Shown here: positions 48,218 to 58,004 of the stretch, piece by piece
Layout: the number at the start of each line of letters is the position of its first letter
Position numbering within the stretch: the stretch's first letter is position 1
Source of the DNA: Escherichia coli
GTDB taxonomy: Bacteria > Pseudomonadota > Gammaproteobacteria > Enterobacterales > Enterobacteriaceae
Assembly: GCF_045037415.1 (NCBI RefSeq)
Contig: NZ_CP173438.1
Length of the DNA stretch: 64,000 nt
Strand: one strand, 5' to 3'
Translations under genes and position numbers: made by a program
The notes under the pieces: model-generated
What the model was told of the DNA's origin: nothing
What the model saw: only the letters and a program-made list of their open reading frames with translations
Database searches by the model: none

Positions 48218-49141
48218 TCACTCATGCCGCGCCGGACGATTTATTTTTCTGGCGCGGCGGCGGGAATCCATTGAAATCAAAATCACCGATGACAGAATCA
48301 GCAGCGTTCCCAGCCAGTCCGGCAATGTGAAGGTGATCCCCAGCAACAGCAAAGAGAGCAGTGCGCTACTTAATGGTTCTGCACAGCTTAAAATGCTGGC
48401 TTTTGGACCACCAATTAATTGTGCTCCTTTCAGGTACAGACTAAATGTCAGGGACGTACCAATGACCACCAAATAAAAAAACGCCAGAATCAAACTGCCG
48501 TTAACGACAAAGTTTGTCCCTTGTCTGGCATAAAAGGGCAGCAGGATCAGACCGCCAATGAGCATACTCCAGCCGACGACCGGTAACGTGCCATAGCGAG
48601 CAATCAGCGTTGAGGGATAGGTGGTATAGAATGCAGCAGCAAATGCCGAGGCAATGCCCCAGAATAACGCGGCAGGAGAGATCGATAATGACGTCGGATT
48701 ACCGTGTGTCACCAATAAAAAAGTCCCGATCAGCGATGTCAAAATAGCGCAAAAAACCAGGATGCCGGGGCGGGATTTACGCACCAGTGAGAACCAGGCG
48801 ACGATAATAGTCGGTGAGAGGAATTGCAGCACCGTTGCCGTGGCTGCGTTCGATTTTTCGATGGTTAGCAAAAAAGTGAGCTGTACGGTTAGCGCGCCAA
48901 CCACGGAAAAAATCAGTAGGCTAATGGCATCTTTGTGATTGTTAATAATAGAAAAGATTTTATCACCATGAACAAATGATAGCGTCAGCAGAATCAATCC
49001 GGCGAATATCAAACGCGTCATAGTCAAAAACTGCGACGACATCTGGCTTTGCTCCATGATGTATTGCGCGCAGACCCCTGAACTTCCCCACAACACGGCG
49101 GCAATCAGAACGTTCAGCATCCCCTTTCTGGTGGAACCCAT
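48218..49141 (-). CDS. yicL: EamA/DMT-family transporter YicL
   Basis: [30 protein letters not shown]...; start trimmed to the ATG at 49141. Confidence 0.85.
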   Translation of the reverse strand: MGSTRKGMLNVLIAAVLWGSSGVCAQYIMEQSQMSSQFLTMTRLIFAGLILLTLSFVHGDKIFSIINNHKDAISLLIFSVVGALTVQLTFLLTIEKSNAATATVLQFLSPTIIVAWFSLVRKSRPGILVFCAILTSLIGTFLLVTHGNPTSLSISPAALFWGIASAFAAAFYTTYPSTLIARYGTLPVVGWSMLIGGLILLPFYARQGTNFVVNGSLILAFFYLVVIGTSLTFSLYLKGAQLIGGPKASILSCAEPLSSALLSLLLLGITFTLPDWLGTLLILSSVILISMDSRRRARKINRPARHE

Positions 49142-49318
49142 TTTTCCCTCTGCATACTGTTTTGTCTTTTCATCAATATACGTTAAGGATACCACTACCG
49201 ATGACGGTGAGGGAGTAGAGTAATCAATCAGTTTTAGTGAATGGAGGAAATAATGACATATAACAATTATTCATATGGTGTTTAAAAAACCTCACTAAAA
49301 ACTCAATATGAAATTTAA

Positions 49319-49921
49319 TTATTTAATGTTCAATAACTCTATGGCTTTAGTATATTCATCAGGAATACCAATTATAAAACAAGGTGCGGTATCGGTAGGT
49401 AGATTTTCTTTGTTATCATCATCCAGAACAGAAATAGAAAACTGTCGTTCAGGTGTTGATGTTGTGGTTATTAAAATGGTTGGATTAGGAAGAGAAACAT
49501 ATGTTGTCTCATTTTTTAGTTTTATTCCTTTGATGTTTTCTTTGTTAATTTTATCAATCGTTTCAATAGAGAAAAAAGAATCATGCCCCATTCGCAGTTC
49601 AATTTTATTATCGTTTTCGAATAAATAAAGGGCATTATTGTTTTGAAACAGATTGAATATATTGTTAGCGCAAGTTTGAGTTGCTAGCCAGGATGCCGCT
49701 GGATGACTCAAATTAATATGTGTGCTAAAGACTTTGACGCGACTACTTCTGTTTTTCTCTTTACTTTCAATTAAATGCCTAGCGCTGTTGGCTGCTTTAC
49801 AAGTTCCATGCCCCACACGGCAAAAATAATCTCCTGAAAGGATACTTACAATCAGTATTACACCAATGACGACAGAAAAAATAGTTCCGATGAGTTTGAT
49901 GATGACAATCCTTGTGCAGTG
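49319..49921 (-). CDS. hypothetical AT-rich, Asn/Lys-rich protein with a possible N-terminal membrane anchor; start unclear (possible pseudogene)
   Basis: Track ORF starts at GTG 49816, but the frame stays open upstream through a hydrophobic segment IVIIKLIGTIFSVVIGVILIVSIL with no canonical start; an ATG at 49932-49934 is in another frame. Confidence 0.35.
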   Translation of the reverse strand, partial: HCTRIVIIKLIGTIFSVVIGVILIVSILSGDYFCRVGHGTCKAANSARHLIESKEKNRSSRVKVFSTHINLSHPAASWLATQTCANNIFNLFQNNNALYLFENDNKIELRMGHDSFFSIETIDKINKENIKGIKLKNETTYVSLPNPTILITTTSTPERQFSISVLDDDNKENLPTDTAPCFIIGIPDEYTKAIELLNIK

Positions 49922-50256
49922 TTATTTTCACCATGGATTATAATGTTATAGTGAAATTATTGCACCTGTAATTTTTCTTTGATTGTTTTAATCATCACAT
50001 TTACGCACTTCTTCATCTTTGTAGCAGGTAAAAGCCATATATGGATGGCTGGTGTCCGGTGCAGATAAAATGCAACTTATTCTTGATAGCTTGAAAAAAG
50101 AGAGGTTTTTTTGAGTGACGGTTGATGGTCGGTGGCAAGGAAGACGTTTTCGTACACTCGGCAAGAAAAATGAATCACTCTGTCATACTACCAGATACAT
50201 CAGCAGGGTCAGGTTGCTCAGAAATAAGCAGGATGGGGATCACTGAAGAGGCATTT

Positions 50257-50276
50257 TGGCGATCACAGGAGTCGAA
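50257..50276 (-). other. remnant of the selC tRNA 3' end (island attachment-site repeat)
   Basis: TGGCGATCACAGGAGTCGAA is the reverse complement of the selC 3' end TTCGACTCCTGTGATC[TTCC]GCCA with a 4-nt deletion; lies at the yicL-proximal edge of the island. Confidence 0.6.
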
Positions 50277-50411
50277 TATGAGTGTTAATGTTTTGATTTT
50301 AAATGATTAACCCGTGTTGGATAAATGAGTAACCCCCATAAGAACCCCCAAATGACTTTGCGTAAGGGAATGAGGCTAAAATACACAATCGAATCAATTA
50401 TTAGAGCTTTC

Positions 50412-51254
50412 TTATGAAGGTAACACTCCCGGATAGTGTTTCGCAATAATCTCATTCAGCCTGTCAACCAGTTCTGGTTTCCTGAACGTGATGTGTGCGG
50501 AGCCCTTCTTAAAGTATCTGATGCTGAACATCTCATCTTCGTAGTCCTCTTTACCTTGAACAGACTGGGTGTGGTCATCCAGATGAATGGTGATGTTTTC
50601 CCGGTTGTCGGGGATCGGTTTGCCGCTGAACAGGTGCAGCATTCTTTCCAGATCGGCAAGTCGATCGGCCTGTTGCCCGGTGATAAGATGAAACCCCCAT
50701 CTGTCCCACCTTACCAGGTTGTTGACGATAATTTTACTGCCAAACTTGCAGGGGCAATTGGTTTTGTAATTCCAGCTCAGTCCCCTGAAGACGTTGATCA
50801 CCCCCCGCTCAAACACTTCATCTTTGTTCTGGTGCAGTTGTTCAAATGTGCTCAGAATGTTCGCTTCACTGATTTCCGGAAAATTATCGTATTCCAGTGA
50901 TCGGTACCATGTATCACGGGCCTGTGCATCCATTAAGGAAAGCATCCCTGAACGTTGCATCAGGTCACGCCAGATTTCGCGGTCAAGATTCCGGGTAATG
51001 GCTTTCATTGCCGTTTCAGGTTTCTCCATGAGCCAGCATCCGCAGCGAAAATCCTGTTTCATGGCCCAGTCCGGGGCAGTTTTACCTCCGATGCTTTCCG
51101 TCAGCACCGAGATTTCAGCCAGTTGCCGGATAAGTGTGTCGATTTGCAGCAGTGTATTCTTTCGTACAGCCAGAATGTGGCAGATTGAGGTGGAACAGAT
51201 AACGTCCGTATGCCCGTTGACCACTTCCGGACGGGAGACTGTGATTTTAGACAT
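50412..51254 (-). CDS. DUF4942-family protein (terminal gene of CP4-like elements)
   Basis: 280-aa ORF; follows the CbtA/YeeW/DUF957 block as in CP4-type cryptic prophages (recalled). Confidence 0.65.
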   Translation of the reverse strand: MSKITVSRPEVVNGHTDVICSTSICHILAVRKNTLLQIDTLIRQLAEISVLTESIGGKTAPDWAMKQDFRCGCWLMEKPETAMKAITRNLDREIWRDLMQRSGMLSLMDAQARDTWYRSLEYDNFPEISEANILSTFEQLHQNKDEVFERGVINVFRGLSWNYKTNCPCKFGSKIIVNNLVRWDRWGFHLITGQQADRLADLERMLHLFSGKPIPDNRENITIHLDDHTQSVQGKEDYEDEMFSIRYFKKGSAHITFRKPELVDRLNEIIAKHYPGVLPS

Positions 51255-51350
51255 AATCGATATTCCTTTTTGCAGATAAATGAAAACGCCAGCCCTGTTC
51301 AGGCTGGTGTCAGTGGAATGAAGTCTGGTGAGTGAGATGATGAGTAAGAC

Positions 51351-51548
51351 TCACCGGTTCTGTTGCAGAAGCTGTAGTTGGCGCAGGGTACGGATATCTT
51401 CCCTGGCCTGTTCAATGCAGGGCAACAGTGCTGCTGAATCCGTTCTATCCTCATCGTTGTCGAAGATAATCCCGGATTCACAGTCGATATTGTCCTGCAG
51501 CCACGCAATCAGAATATCCAGCGCCGTTTCTGTCGTTAATGATTTCAT
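51351..51548 (-). CDS. DUF957-family small protein
   Basis: ORF MKSLTTETALDILIAWLQDNIDCESGIIFDNDEDRTD...; position in the CP4-like gene order. Confidence 0.55.
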   Translation of the reverse strand: MKSLTTETALDILIAWLQDNIDCESGIIFDNDEDRTDSAALLPCIEQAREDIRTLRQLQLLQQNR

Positions 51549-51565
51549 GTTGTGAATTTCCCTGA

Positions 51566-52054
51566 TTACCAGTCGAAAGTGGGCAGACCCGGCAGACATT
51601 CAGCGCAGGCATCCAGATGAATGAGACTGACGCCATAACGGCGAATGAGCGTGACGATCAGACGACGAAACGTTTTTGACAGGCCCAGGCGTTTAAGTCG
51701 CAGAACCGGGTACGACCACGCATCGGTACGTAACAGATATCCGCTACCGGTAAAATGAATCCATTCTGATTCGCCGAAGTCATTCGTCTGATGTGACAGC
51801 GAGTACAGCCAGGCGTTGTCCTTTGCCGTGATATGCGCGGTACTGCAGCGTATGCCGGTAAGGGCCGCAGATGGTGGCGTGCGCTCTGCTGATGTCCGGT
51901 CAGATTCATCAACAACACGAAGGGAGTAACCGTTATCGCAGACCACGTTAATCAGTTCAGCGAGAGTAACACCATCGACGTCAACGACAATGCGCCCCAT
52001 GTTCAGTGCCTGCACGTTAATGCTGTCGGCTTCCAGCGTCAGGGCCAGTTTCAT
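51566..52054 (-). CDS. YeeW-like protein (DUF5983)
   Basis: 162-aa ORF immediately downstream of and overlapping the CbtA-like toxin. Confidence 0.6.
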   Translation of the reverse strand: MKLALTLEADSINVQALNMGRIVVDVDGVTLAELINVVCDNGYSLRVVDESDRTSAERTPPSAALTGIRCSTAHITAKDNAWLYSLSHQTNDFGESEWIHFTGSGYLLRTDAWSYPVLRLKRLGLSKTFRRLIVTLIRRYGVSLIHLDACAECLPGLPTFDW

Positions 52055-52428
52055 TGTTTCGCCCCCGGATGTTTACCCAGGGTAATGTTATTTACCGTTC
52101 TGTAATTGTCGCGGGCCATCAGGCCGGTTGCCCGGCGGGCCCGGAGGATATCAATACTGTTTATTAACTGAGAACGGGTACAGGCGCTGAATCCCGGCTG
52201 GTCGGTACGTACCAGTGCGTATTTTTCAACGAGAAAGTTCACCGCATCGCACAGTGAAATGCCTGCCTCAATATGCTGCTCAATCACACGTTCATCAGCG
52301 AACGGTGTGTCATTCAGTGTGAGGCCGTAATGCTGGTCCAACAGTCGGGTGAGCAGTGTCTGCCAGATGGTGACGGGAGACGGGCAGCGCGATGCCTCCC
52401 GTACGTGTGTGTCAGGTAATGTTTTCAT
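52051..52428 (-). CDS. CbtA/YeeV-family toxin (type IV TA, cytoskeleton-targeting)
   Basis: ORF MKTLPDTHVREASRCPSPVTIWQTLLTRLLDQHYGLTLNDTPFADERVIEQHIEAGISLCDAV... recognised as the YeeV/YkfI/YpjF family. Confidence 0.8.
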   Translation of the reverse strand: MKTLPDTHVREASRCPSPVTIWQTLLTRLLDQHYGLTLNDTPFADERVIEQHIEAGISLCDAVNFLVEKYALVRTDQPGFSACTRSQLINSIDILRARRATGLMARDNYRTVNNITLGKHPGAKQ

Positions 52429-52474
52429 CTTAAGTTCTCTGTAACTGGTAGTGCTAAAGGTGAGATATTCGGGG

Positions 52475-52849
52475 TTATGAGGTGGTTGCGGGTGCCAGTG
52501 TCGGATAAACAGCCATATAAACGTAACCACAGCTGCCGAGGGTGTCGGCTTCGCAGGTCAGCCCTCTGGCATACAGCGTGACGGTATGCTGATGGCGGGG
52601 ATTCAGTTCACCGCTGGTGAGCATGAGTTCCAGTTGTTTCATCAGCAGCGGAAAGGCCTGGTCCAGATGATACGCATCCGCGTCGCTAAACTGCCCCCTG
52701 ATACCGGCGCGGTCGGCAAGGTAATGCAACTGATTGCCCTCCTGCACCAGACGTGCCCCGAAACAGGGCGTCACGGTGCAGGGGAGCCCCCACCAGGGGC
52801 GGTCGTTGTTGTTGTCGGGATGCGTTGTCCCGGGGTGTGTGTCTGACAC
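52475..52849 (-). CDS. CbeA/YeeU-family antitoxin
   Basis: ORF MSDTHPGTTHPDNNNDRPWWGLPCTVTPCFGARLVQEGNQLHYLADRAGIRG... recognised as the YeeU/YafW/YfjZ family; directly upstream of the toxin. Confidence 0.8.
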   Translation of the reverse strand: MSDTHPGTTHPDNNNDRPWWGLPCTVTPCFGARLVQEGNQLHYLADRAGIRGQFSDADAYHLDQAFPLLMKQLELMLTSGELNPRHQHTVTLYARGLTCEADTLGSCGYVYMAVYPTLAPATTS

Positions 52850-52928
52850 GATAAAATCCTCACAGAAAATCGGTTAAGAATGCTCCGATGGTGGCGATAA
52901 TTCGGCTCATCAGAATGCCCTTTCTGAT

Positions 52929-53150
52929 TCAGTTCAGGGTAACGCTCATCAGACGGACATACGGACCAAAACTGTCCTTACGGCGTTCAGCAAACACGGC
53001 CAGCACACCGGGAATATCCTGCACTTCACGGCCGGTATACGTATCCGTGCTACCGTGCCAGCGGTATTTACCGGTACAGAACGGAAAAAGACGGGATGCA
53101 GGATGCTGTTGGTGAATACGCATGGCTTCACCACGGGTGATGATTTTCAT
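52929..53150 (-). CDS. DUF987-family protein (YeeT-like)
   Basis: 73-aa ORF MKIITRGEAMRIHQQHPASRLFPFCTGKYRWHG... Confidence 0.7.
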   Translation of the reverse strand: MKIITRGEAMRIHQQHPASRLFPFCTGKYRWHGSTDTYTGREVQDIPGVLAVFAERRKDSFGPYVRLMSVTLN

Positions 53151-53212
53151 AATGGGATACCTCTGAAGACAGAAGATAAAAGTGAAAACAGGTGTGATGT
53201 GGTTGTGACGGG

Positions 53213-53689
53213 TTAAAGCAGACCGTGTTCGGCAAAGGAGAATACCTGGTTGCCACCGACTATCAGATGGTCCGGCACCCGGATATCCACCAGGGCCAGC
53301 GCCTGTACCAGACGTTCAGTGATAAGCCGGTCTGCCTTACTGGGGGTGACTTCACCGGACGGGTGATTGTGCGCCAGCACCACGGCAGCGGCATTGTGGT
53401 ACAGGGCACGTTTAATCACCTCCCGGGGATGGACTTCTGTGCGGTTGATGGTGCCTGTGAAGAGGGTTTCACCCGCAATCAGCTGATTCTGGTTGTTCAG
53501 ATACAGCACCCGGAACTCTTCCCGCTCCAGTCCTGCCATGTTCAGAATCAGCCATTCCCGTGCCGCATGCGTGGAGGTGAAGGCCACACCGGGTTCATGA
53601 AGATGGCGGTCCAGGGTTTTCAGGGCCCGCAGAATGAGACTGCGCTCTCTGGTTGTCATCTCTCCGGGCAGAAAGGAAAGTTGTTGCAT
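53213..53689 (-). CDS. RadC-like JAB-domain protein (YeeS/YkfG/YfjY family)
   Basis: JAMM-like motif HNHPSG; ORF MQQLSFLPGEM... Confidence 0.8.
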   Translation of the reverse strand: MQQLSFLPGEMTTRERSLILRALKTLDRHLHEPGVAFTSTHAAREWLILNMAGLEREEFRVLYLNNQNQLIAGETLFTGTINRTEVHPREVIKRALYHNAAAVVLAHNHPSGEVTPSKADRLITERLVQALALVDIRVPDHLIVGGNQVFSFAEHGLL

Positions 53690-53703
53690 TGTGCTTCTCC
53701 GGC

Positions 53704-54183
53704 TCAGTCGATGATGCGCATAATGGCGCTGCATTCAGGATGCTGCAGGGCGTAATCCCGCAGCCGGTAATAATGGACCGTCATGGCATAACACTCCGTA
53801 CGACAGGCATGATGGCTGTACGTCATCAGACAGGCGGCAATACCGGCGGCTTCCGGGCTCATTTCAGCGCGGTTACCGTTCATGGCATTGAACAGTACCC
53901 ATGTTTCGTCATCATCGTCATCCGGTTCGGGTGCCATAAATGCCCCGCCGTTGTTCAGGGTATACAGATTCCAGATACCACCGCAGTAGTCTTCACACAG
54001 ACGGTCCATCCAGCCGAAGACACGGGGCTCCAGGGTCACCCACTGTGGAATGAGGCCAAAATGCTGCGGCCAAAAGCTGATGCGCTGTTCATCAGGGACG
54101 AGGCTGGCAACCAACTGAGGCGGATTATTCTCTGGTGTTGTAGCTGAATAAATTGTGGGGGTATTCTGAGAAACGCTTTTCAT
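53704..54183 (-). CDS. antirestriction protein (YfjX/YafX-like)
   Basis: 159-aa acidic ORF with a DDDDDE stretch; position between the DUF932 and RadC-like genes. Confidence 0.65.
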   Translation of the reverse strand: MKSVSQNTPTIYSATTPENNPPQLVASLVPDEQRISFWPQHFGLIPQWVTLEPRVFGWMDRLCEDYCGGIWNLYTLNNGGAFMAPEPDDDDDETWVLFNAMNGNRAEMSPEAAGIAACLMTYSHHACRTECYAMTVHYYRLRDYALQHPECSAIMRIID

Positions 54184-54264
54184 GAGATAACTCCTTAAAT
54201 AACAAATAAAAGTGTGTTTTTCAGGAACGAAAGCTGAATGATTCCCTCACTCAGGGAAACGGCA

Positions 54265-55083
54265 TCAGCGCAGGCTCTCCAGCATCGTTTCTGCCATCAC
54301 CCACAATGCGCGGTTGAGTTTAATATCGGTGTCGATGCTGTGAATGGCCCGGGTATGGATACGTTTTCCTTTTGCACTGCGACCGGAAATCCCGCCTTTC
54401 AGCATATTCTCCTGGATGGTCTGATATGCGCTCCACAGGTCCTTACCGTAATCCTCCCGGCGTCGCGGCGTCAGAATGTCGGCGGTGGTGACGGGCTGAT
54501 GTTCGTCACCATAACGGTAAGTCAGTGCCGCCTGTGCCAGCGCCTGGCGTGCCGGTGGCGGCAGGACCAGCGACTGCATGGCATCACGCTTCTCCTCTAT
54601 CCGGTCAAACACGCCCACCACTTCGTAAGCCCCTTCAATGACTCTGTCCACCACATTTCCCCGGTGCGGAACACGCACTTCCCCCAGAGACTGGCCACAG
54701 ACGCACCCGTTCTGGCAGACGAACCTGAAGTAACCCGGCAGCATCTGATAGCTGGAGGTACCGTCATGAGAGTTGAGCAGAATAATTTCAGGGACATGTT
54801 CTCCGTTTATCTCTCCGGCCCGCCGCAGACGCAGCATGTGTTTGGTGTATTCCCGGCGGCTCTGGTCGCGCACACGGGGCTGGCAGGCGAAGAACGGCTG
54901 AAAGCCTTCCCGCTGCAGATTTTCCAGGACGGTAATGGTGGGAATGTACGCATACCGTTCACTGCGGGAGGTGTGCCGGTCTTCTCCAAAAATACTCGGG
55001 ACGTGGTACATCAGTTCTTCGCGTGTCAGTGGGCGCTCCCGACGGATCTGATTTACATGACCAAAACGACTGGCTAATTGCAT
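54265..55083 (-). CDS. DUF932-family protein (YfjQ/YafZ-like)
   Basis: 272-aa ORF; family assignment from recalled similarity and CP4-like gene order. Confidence 0.6.
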   Translation of the reverse strand: MQLASRFGHVNQIRRERPLTREELMYHVPSIFGEDRHTSRSERYAYIPTITVLENLQREGFQPFFACQPRVRDQSRREYTKHMLRLRRAGEINGEHVPEIILLNSHDGTSSYQMLPGYFRFVCQNGCVCGQSLGEVRVPHRGNVVDRVIEGAYEVVGVFDRIEEKRDAMQSLVLPPPARQALAQAALTYRYGDEHQPVTTADILTPRRREDYGKDLWSAYQTIQENMLKGGISGRSAKGKRIHTRAIHSIDTDIKLNRALWVMAETMLESLR

Positions 55084-55172
55084 ACTTTGCTCCTTATGAA
55101 TGAATTAGCGGTATAAACGAAAAAGCCGCGTCTCCCGGAGAAGACGCGGCCTGATGGATGAAATGAAGACGT

Positions 55173-55406
55173 TTATTGCCTGAGAATTCCCTCACTGGCG
55201 AGATACGAATTTAGCTGTTTTCCGGCATCAGGTTCAAAATTCCAGCACCGCCAGCGTAGCTGCCCTTCGGCATTGCGGATAACCAGCCGGAAATGCGTTC
55301 CCTGGTCATCTTCAATAAGCACATTGCGGTAAGCTGTTGTGACGGCAACCGCCTGTTCGCGTGAGAAAGGGCCTTCGGGCAATAAAACAGGGTGGCAGTC
55401 CGACAT
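55173..55406 (-). CDS. DUF905-family small protein (YkfF-like)
   Basis: 77-aa [56 protein letters not shown]... Confidence 0.55.
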   Translation of the reverse strand: MSDCHPVLLPEGPFSREQAVAVTTAYRNVLIEDDQGTHFRLVIRNAEGQLRWRCWNFEPDAGKQLNSYLASEGILRQ

Positions 55407-55411
55407 ACCGA

Positions 55412-56089
55412 CTATTTTCCGATAAATTCAACGCTGGCGCCGGTGGCATTACCGTCAGCACCAACCGTGACGGTCACTTTGTCGTACGCACGGTCTTCAG
55501 GATTGAATACTTCAAACTCAACCTTATTGCCTTTTACTTCGTAAGAGCCAAAATCAGCGGTTTCTGTTGTTTCCTCGTCATATTCCCGGGCGTATGCCTG
55601 CCGGGCAGCCTGCAGGACGGAATCTTTATTAATAGTGGTCGTCTGTTTCGGGGAAAAACCGGCAAGTGATGTGACAAATTTCGGACAGACCTTCAGCATA
55701 TCACCGCGGGTGAATTCCATTCGTACACCAAATGCCTGTAAAACGGACACATCACGCTCTGCTATGGAGTGAACGGCTTTTTTGACCATTTCCGGCGCCT
55801 GTCCGATTTCCACCTCAACAGCCCTGAATCCCGTCTGCTGATTACACATTTGTGATGTGGGGATCAGGTTACCGTTAATACTGATACGGCTGCCCAGGAG
55901 CGTCTGTACACCATTCGGGCATCCCTGCATCAGGCCAGTAATACCAATCGTGCCATTTTTCAGCATTACCAGCGCCTGACCATCTTCCGTCATGGTCTGA
56001 CACCAGCCGTTTTTGACAGCCCAGTTGCCGGCGGAGGCGGAGAATGATGCCACAGTGAACAGCAGGGGAAAAAGAGCTCTGGTATTCAT
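55412..56089 (-). CDS. predicted secreted protein with signal peptide
   Basis: ORF starting [20 protein letters not shown] (signal-peptide-like), then a Cys-containing mature domain; start trimmed from the track. Confidence 0.5.
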   Translation of the reverse strand: MNTRALFPLLFTVASFSASAGNWAVKNGWCQTMTEDGQALVMLKNGTIGITGLMQGCPNGVQTLLGSRISINGNLIPTSQMCNQQTGFRAVEVEIGQAPEMVKKAVHSIAERDVSVLQAFGVRMEFTRGDMLKVCPKFVTSLAGFSPKQTTTINKDSVLQAARQAYAREYDEETTETADFGSYEVKGNKVEFEVFNPEDRAYDKVTVTVGADGNATGASVEFIGK

Positions 56090-56236
56090 GACTGACCTCT
56101 GAAATGAACGTACGGTGTTATTGATAATGATGGAAGGTATGCAGTGACTGTTCAGGGAATGACGTAGCCGTATATTTAGTTTTCTGTTCAACATATTGTC
56201 TCCATACCTGTCGGGACGGCTTTGGCAGGCCGGCGA

Positions 56237-56917
56237 TCACAGGTTAAAGGTGTTGATAAGTTTATGGATGAAAGAGAAATGTGGCAGGGCGGAGATAAAA
56301 CGCTCTTCAGCGACCAGACTGTGGATGTGGCCTCTCCGTTCAAACCGTTCTGATGTCAGGCTGACTGATTTGATATCTGCCAGAGGAAAGACCTGCAGTT
56401 TTCCCTTCTGTAACGCGATCAGATACCAGCTACCGCTGTAATAAATGAGCCGGCAGGGCTCCAGTGACGGATACCATCGCTCAGTCATCAGAGAGATGTG
56501 GATACACTGTCTTATTGCCAGGATGAGTTGCGAGAAACACTCGGGGAACGTTGCAGTGATATCCGGCGCCGGTAGCCAGATAAGGCAGGGAGAGGGCTCC
56601 TGGTTGTCGGTAAGACAGGTTATCAGTCGTCCGTTCCGGAGCGGAAGTATCCGTGCGATCCCGGTATTCTGTATAAAAGAAAGCATTTCAGGGATCGCAC
56701 CTGGGCTGCTCTGTCGTCTGAGACTGTACCGGCCATTTCTGTACTCTAAGTCCAGGTGAACCAGACGCTGATGAAAATCGCGCTGTAAGGTACGTTCTGT
56801 AACACCAAATTCATCTGACAGTGTTTTTAGTGACAGAGATTCTCCGGCCATCAGTCGGCTGATAATGAGTGATAAGCGAACCGCCAGGCGATCATGCCGG
56901 GAACGATTATCAGACAT
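56237..56917 (-). CDS. HTH plus WYL-domain transcriptional regulator (YfjR-like)
   Basis: N-terminal HTH-like region (LSLKTLSDEFGVTERTLQRD) and a C-terminal region resembling WYL-domain regulators. Confidence 0.6.
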   Translation of the reverse strand: MSDNRSRHDRLAVRLSLIISRLMAGESLSLKTLSDEFGVTERTLQRDFHQRLVHLDLEYRNGRYSLRRQSSPGAIPEMLSFIQNTGIARILPLRNGRLITCLTDNQEPSPCLIWLPAPDITATFPECFSQLILAIRQCIHISLMTERWYPSLEPCRLIYYSGSWYLIALQKGKLQVFPLADIKSVSLTSERFERRGHIHSLVAEERFISALPHFSFIHKLINTFNL

Positions 56918-57119
56918 AGATGTGCACTCCGTAAGAAAACATCTTTTATTTCATGATGTTATTATGCATCATGATGTTGAAAGGATGTGTCGCATCCGAA
57001 TAATCAGAAATAAAATGCAGCAGAAAAAATATTCCTTTAATTATCTGATTTTTAAGCAGGGTTTCATAAAAAGAAGAATGCTTGTTAATCCAGCGACACA
57101 TCCTGTCGGCGTGAGTGTG

Positions 57120-58004
57120 TCAGAACAGACGATCCCACAGTGTGACCAGCAAGTGGATAATGCGGTCCCGGGCCTTACGCAGAAGCTGTAACATCCAGGC
57201 CGGAAAGCTGAATTGGGCAACGGCAGCGTCAAAGCTTTTCCCGATGGCGTCACCAAAAGTTTGTTGTGCGTGTTTCCGGGCCTGTTCAGAGCGGTTTTCC
57301 CCCCGGATATGTGAATAAACTGCGCTGGTTGCCTGTGGTGGCAGTGCGTGGATCATCAGCGACACCAGTGCCGGAAGATTCCAGCCGACAGGTGCGGCAA
57401 CGGAGAGTACCGGAAATGATGAAGGGAACAGGGTTGCCACCCGGGCTGTTACTGTTGCCAGTGAGAGTTCCTGCTGACGGGACGGGCATTTTTCTGTGTC
57501 GTTCCATTCTTCAGCAGGAAACACGCGATCGGCATGGCTGAGAACAAACAGAAAACGCGAGGGATCTGCACCTTCATTCAGTAAAAACTGATGCATGGCA
57601 ATATCGGCAGCATACGCACGTTCATCAGCCCGCAGGATCCAGATAATCAGATCCAGTTCCGGCAGTAACTGACGATAAAGCTCCCGGTATTCCTGATCAT
57701 GCTGCGGTGTCTCACCAATGCCGGGCATATCGACCAGCGTCATTCTGCGTTCACCGAGCTGCAGGGTAAGACGATGAGCCTGGCGGGTGCAGCCGTTCAG
57801 GGGATGCGTGGCGCAGATACGGGACTGAAAAATGGCATTACACAGACTGCTTTTGCCGGTGCCGGATTTACCCATAATGCCAATTACGGGCTCGTAATGA
57901 ATAACACCGTGGAGATGTTCAAGGATTTTCTGGCGAATTTCTTCAGGAAGAAACGTCAGATATGATTTTACTTGTGCAGAGAGGGAAGAATGGCTGAATG
58001 ACAT
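57120..58004 (-). CDS. GTPase of the YfjP/YeeP/YkfA family
   Basis: P-loop GIMGKSGTGKSS and DxxG (DMPG) motifs; first gene of the minus-strand CP4-like block. Confidence 0.8.
   Translation of the reverse strand: MSFSHSSLSAQVKSYLTFLPEEIRQKILEHLHGVIHYEPVIGIMGKSGTGKSSLCNAIFQSRICATHPLNGCTRQAHRLTLQLGERRMTLVDMPGIGETPQHDQEYRELYRQLLPELDLIIWILRADERAYAADIAMHQFLLNEGADPSRFLFVLSHADRVFPAEEWNDTEKCPSRQQELSLATVTARVATLFPSSFPVLSVAAPVGWNLPALVSLMIHALPPQATSAVYSHIRGENRSEQARKHAQQTFGDAIGKSFDAAVAQFSFPAWMLQLLRKARDRIIHLLVTLWDRLF

Noticed and set aside
49142-50411. Searched for an intact selC tRNA gene and setC
   Set aside because: Only the 20-nt 3'-end remnant at 50257-50276 was found; there is no full cloverleaf sequence and no MFS transporter ORF.
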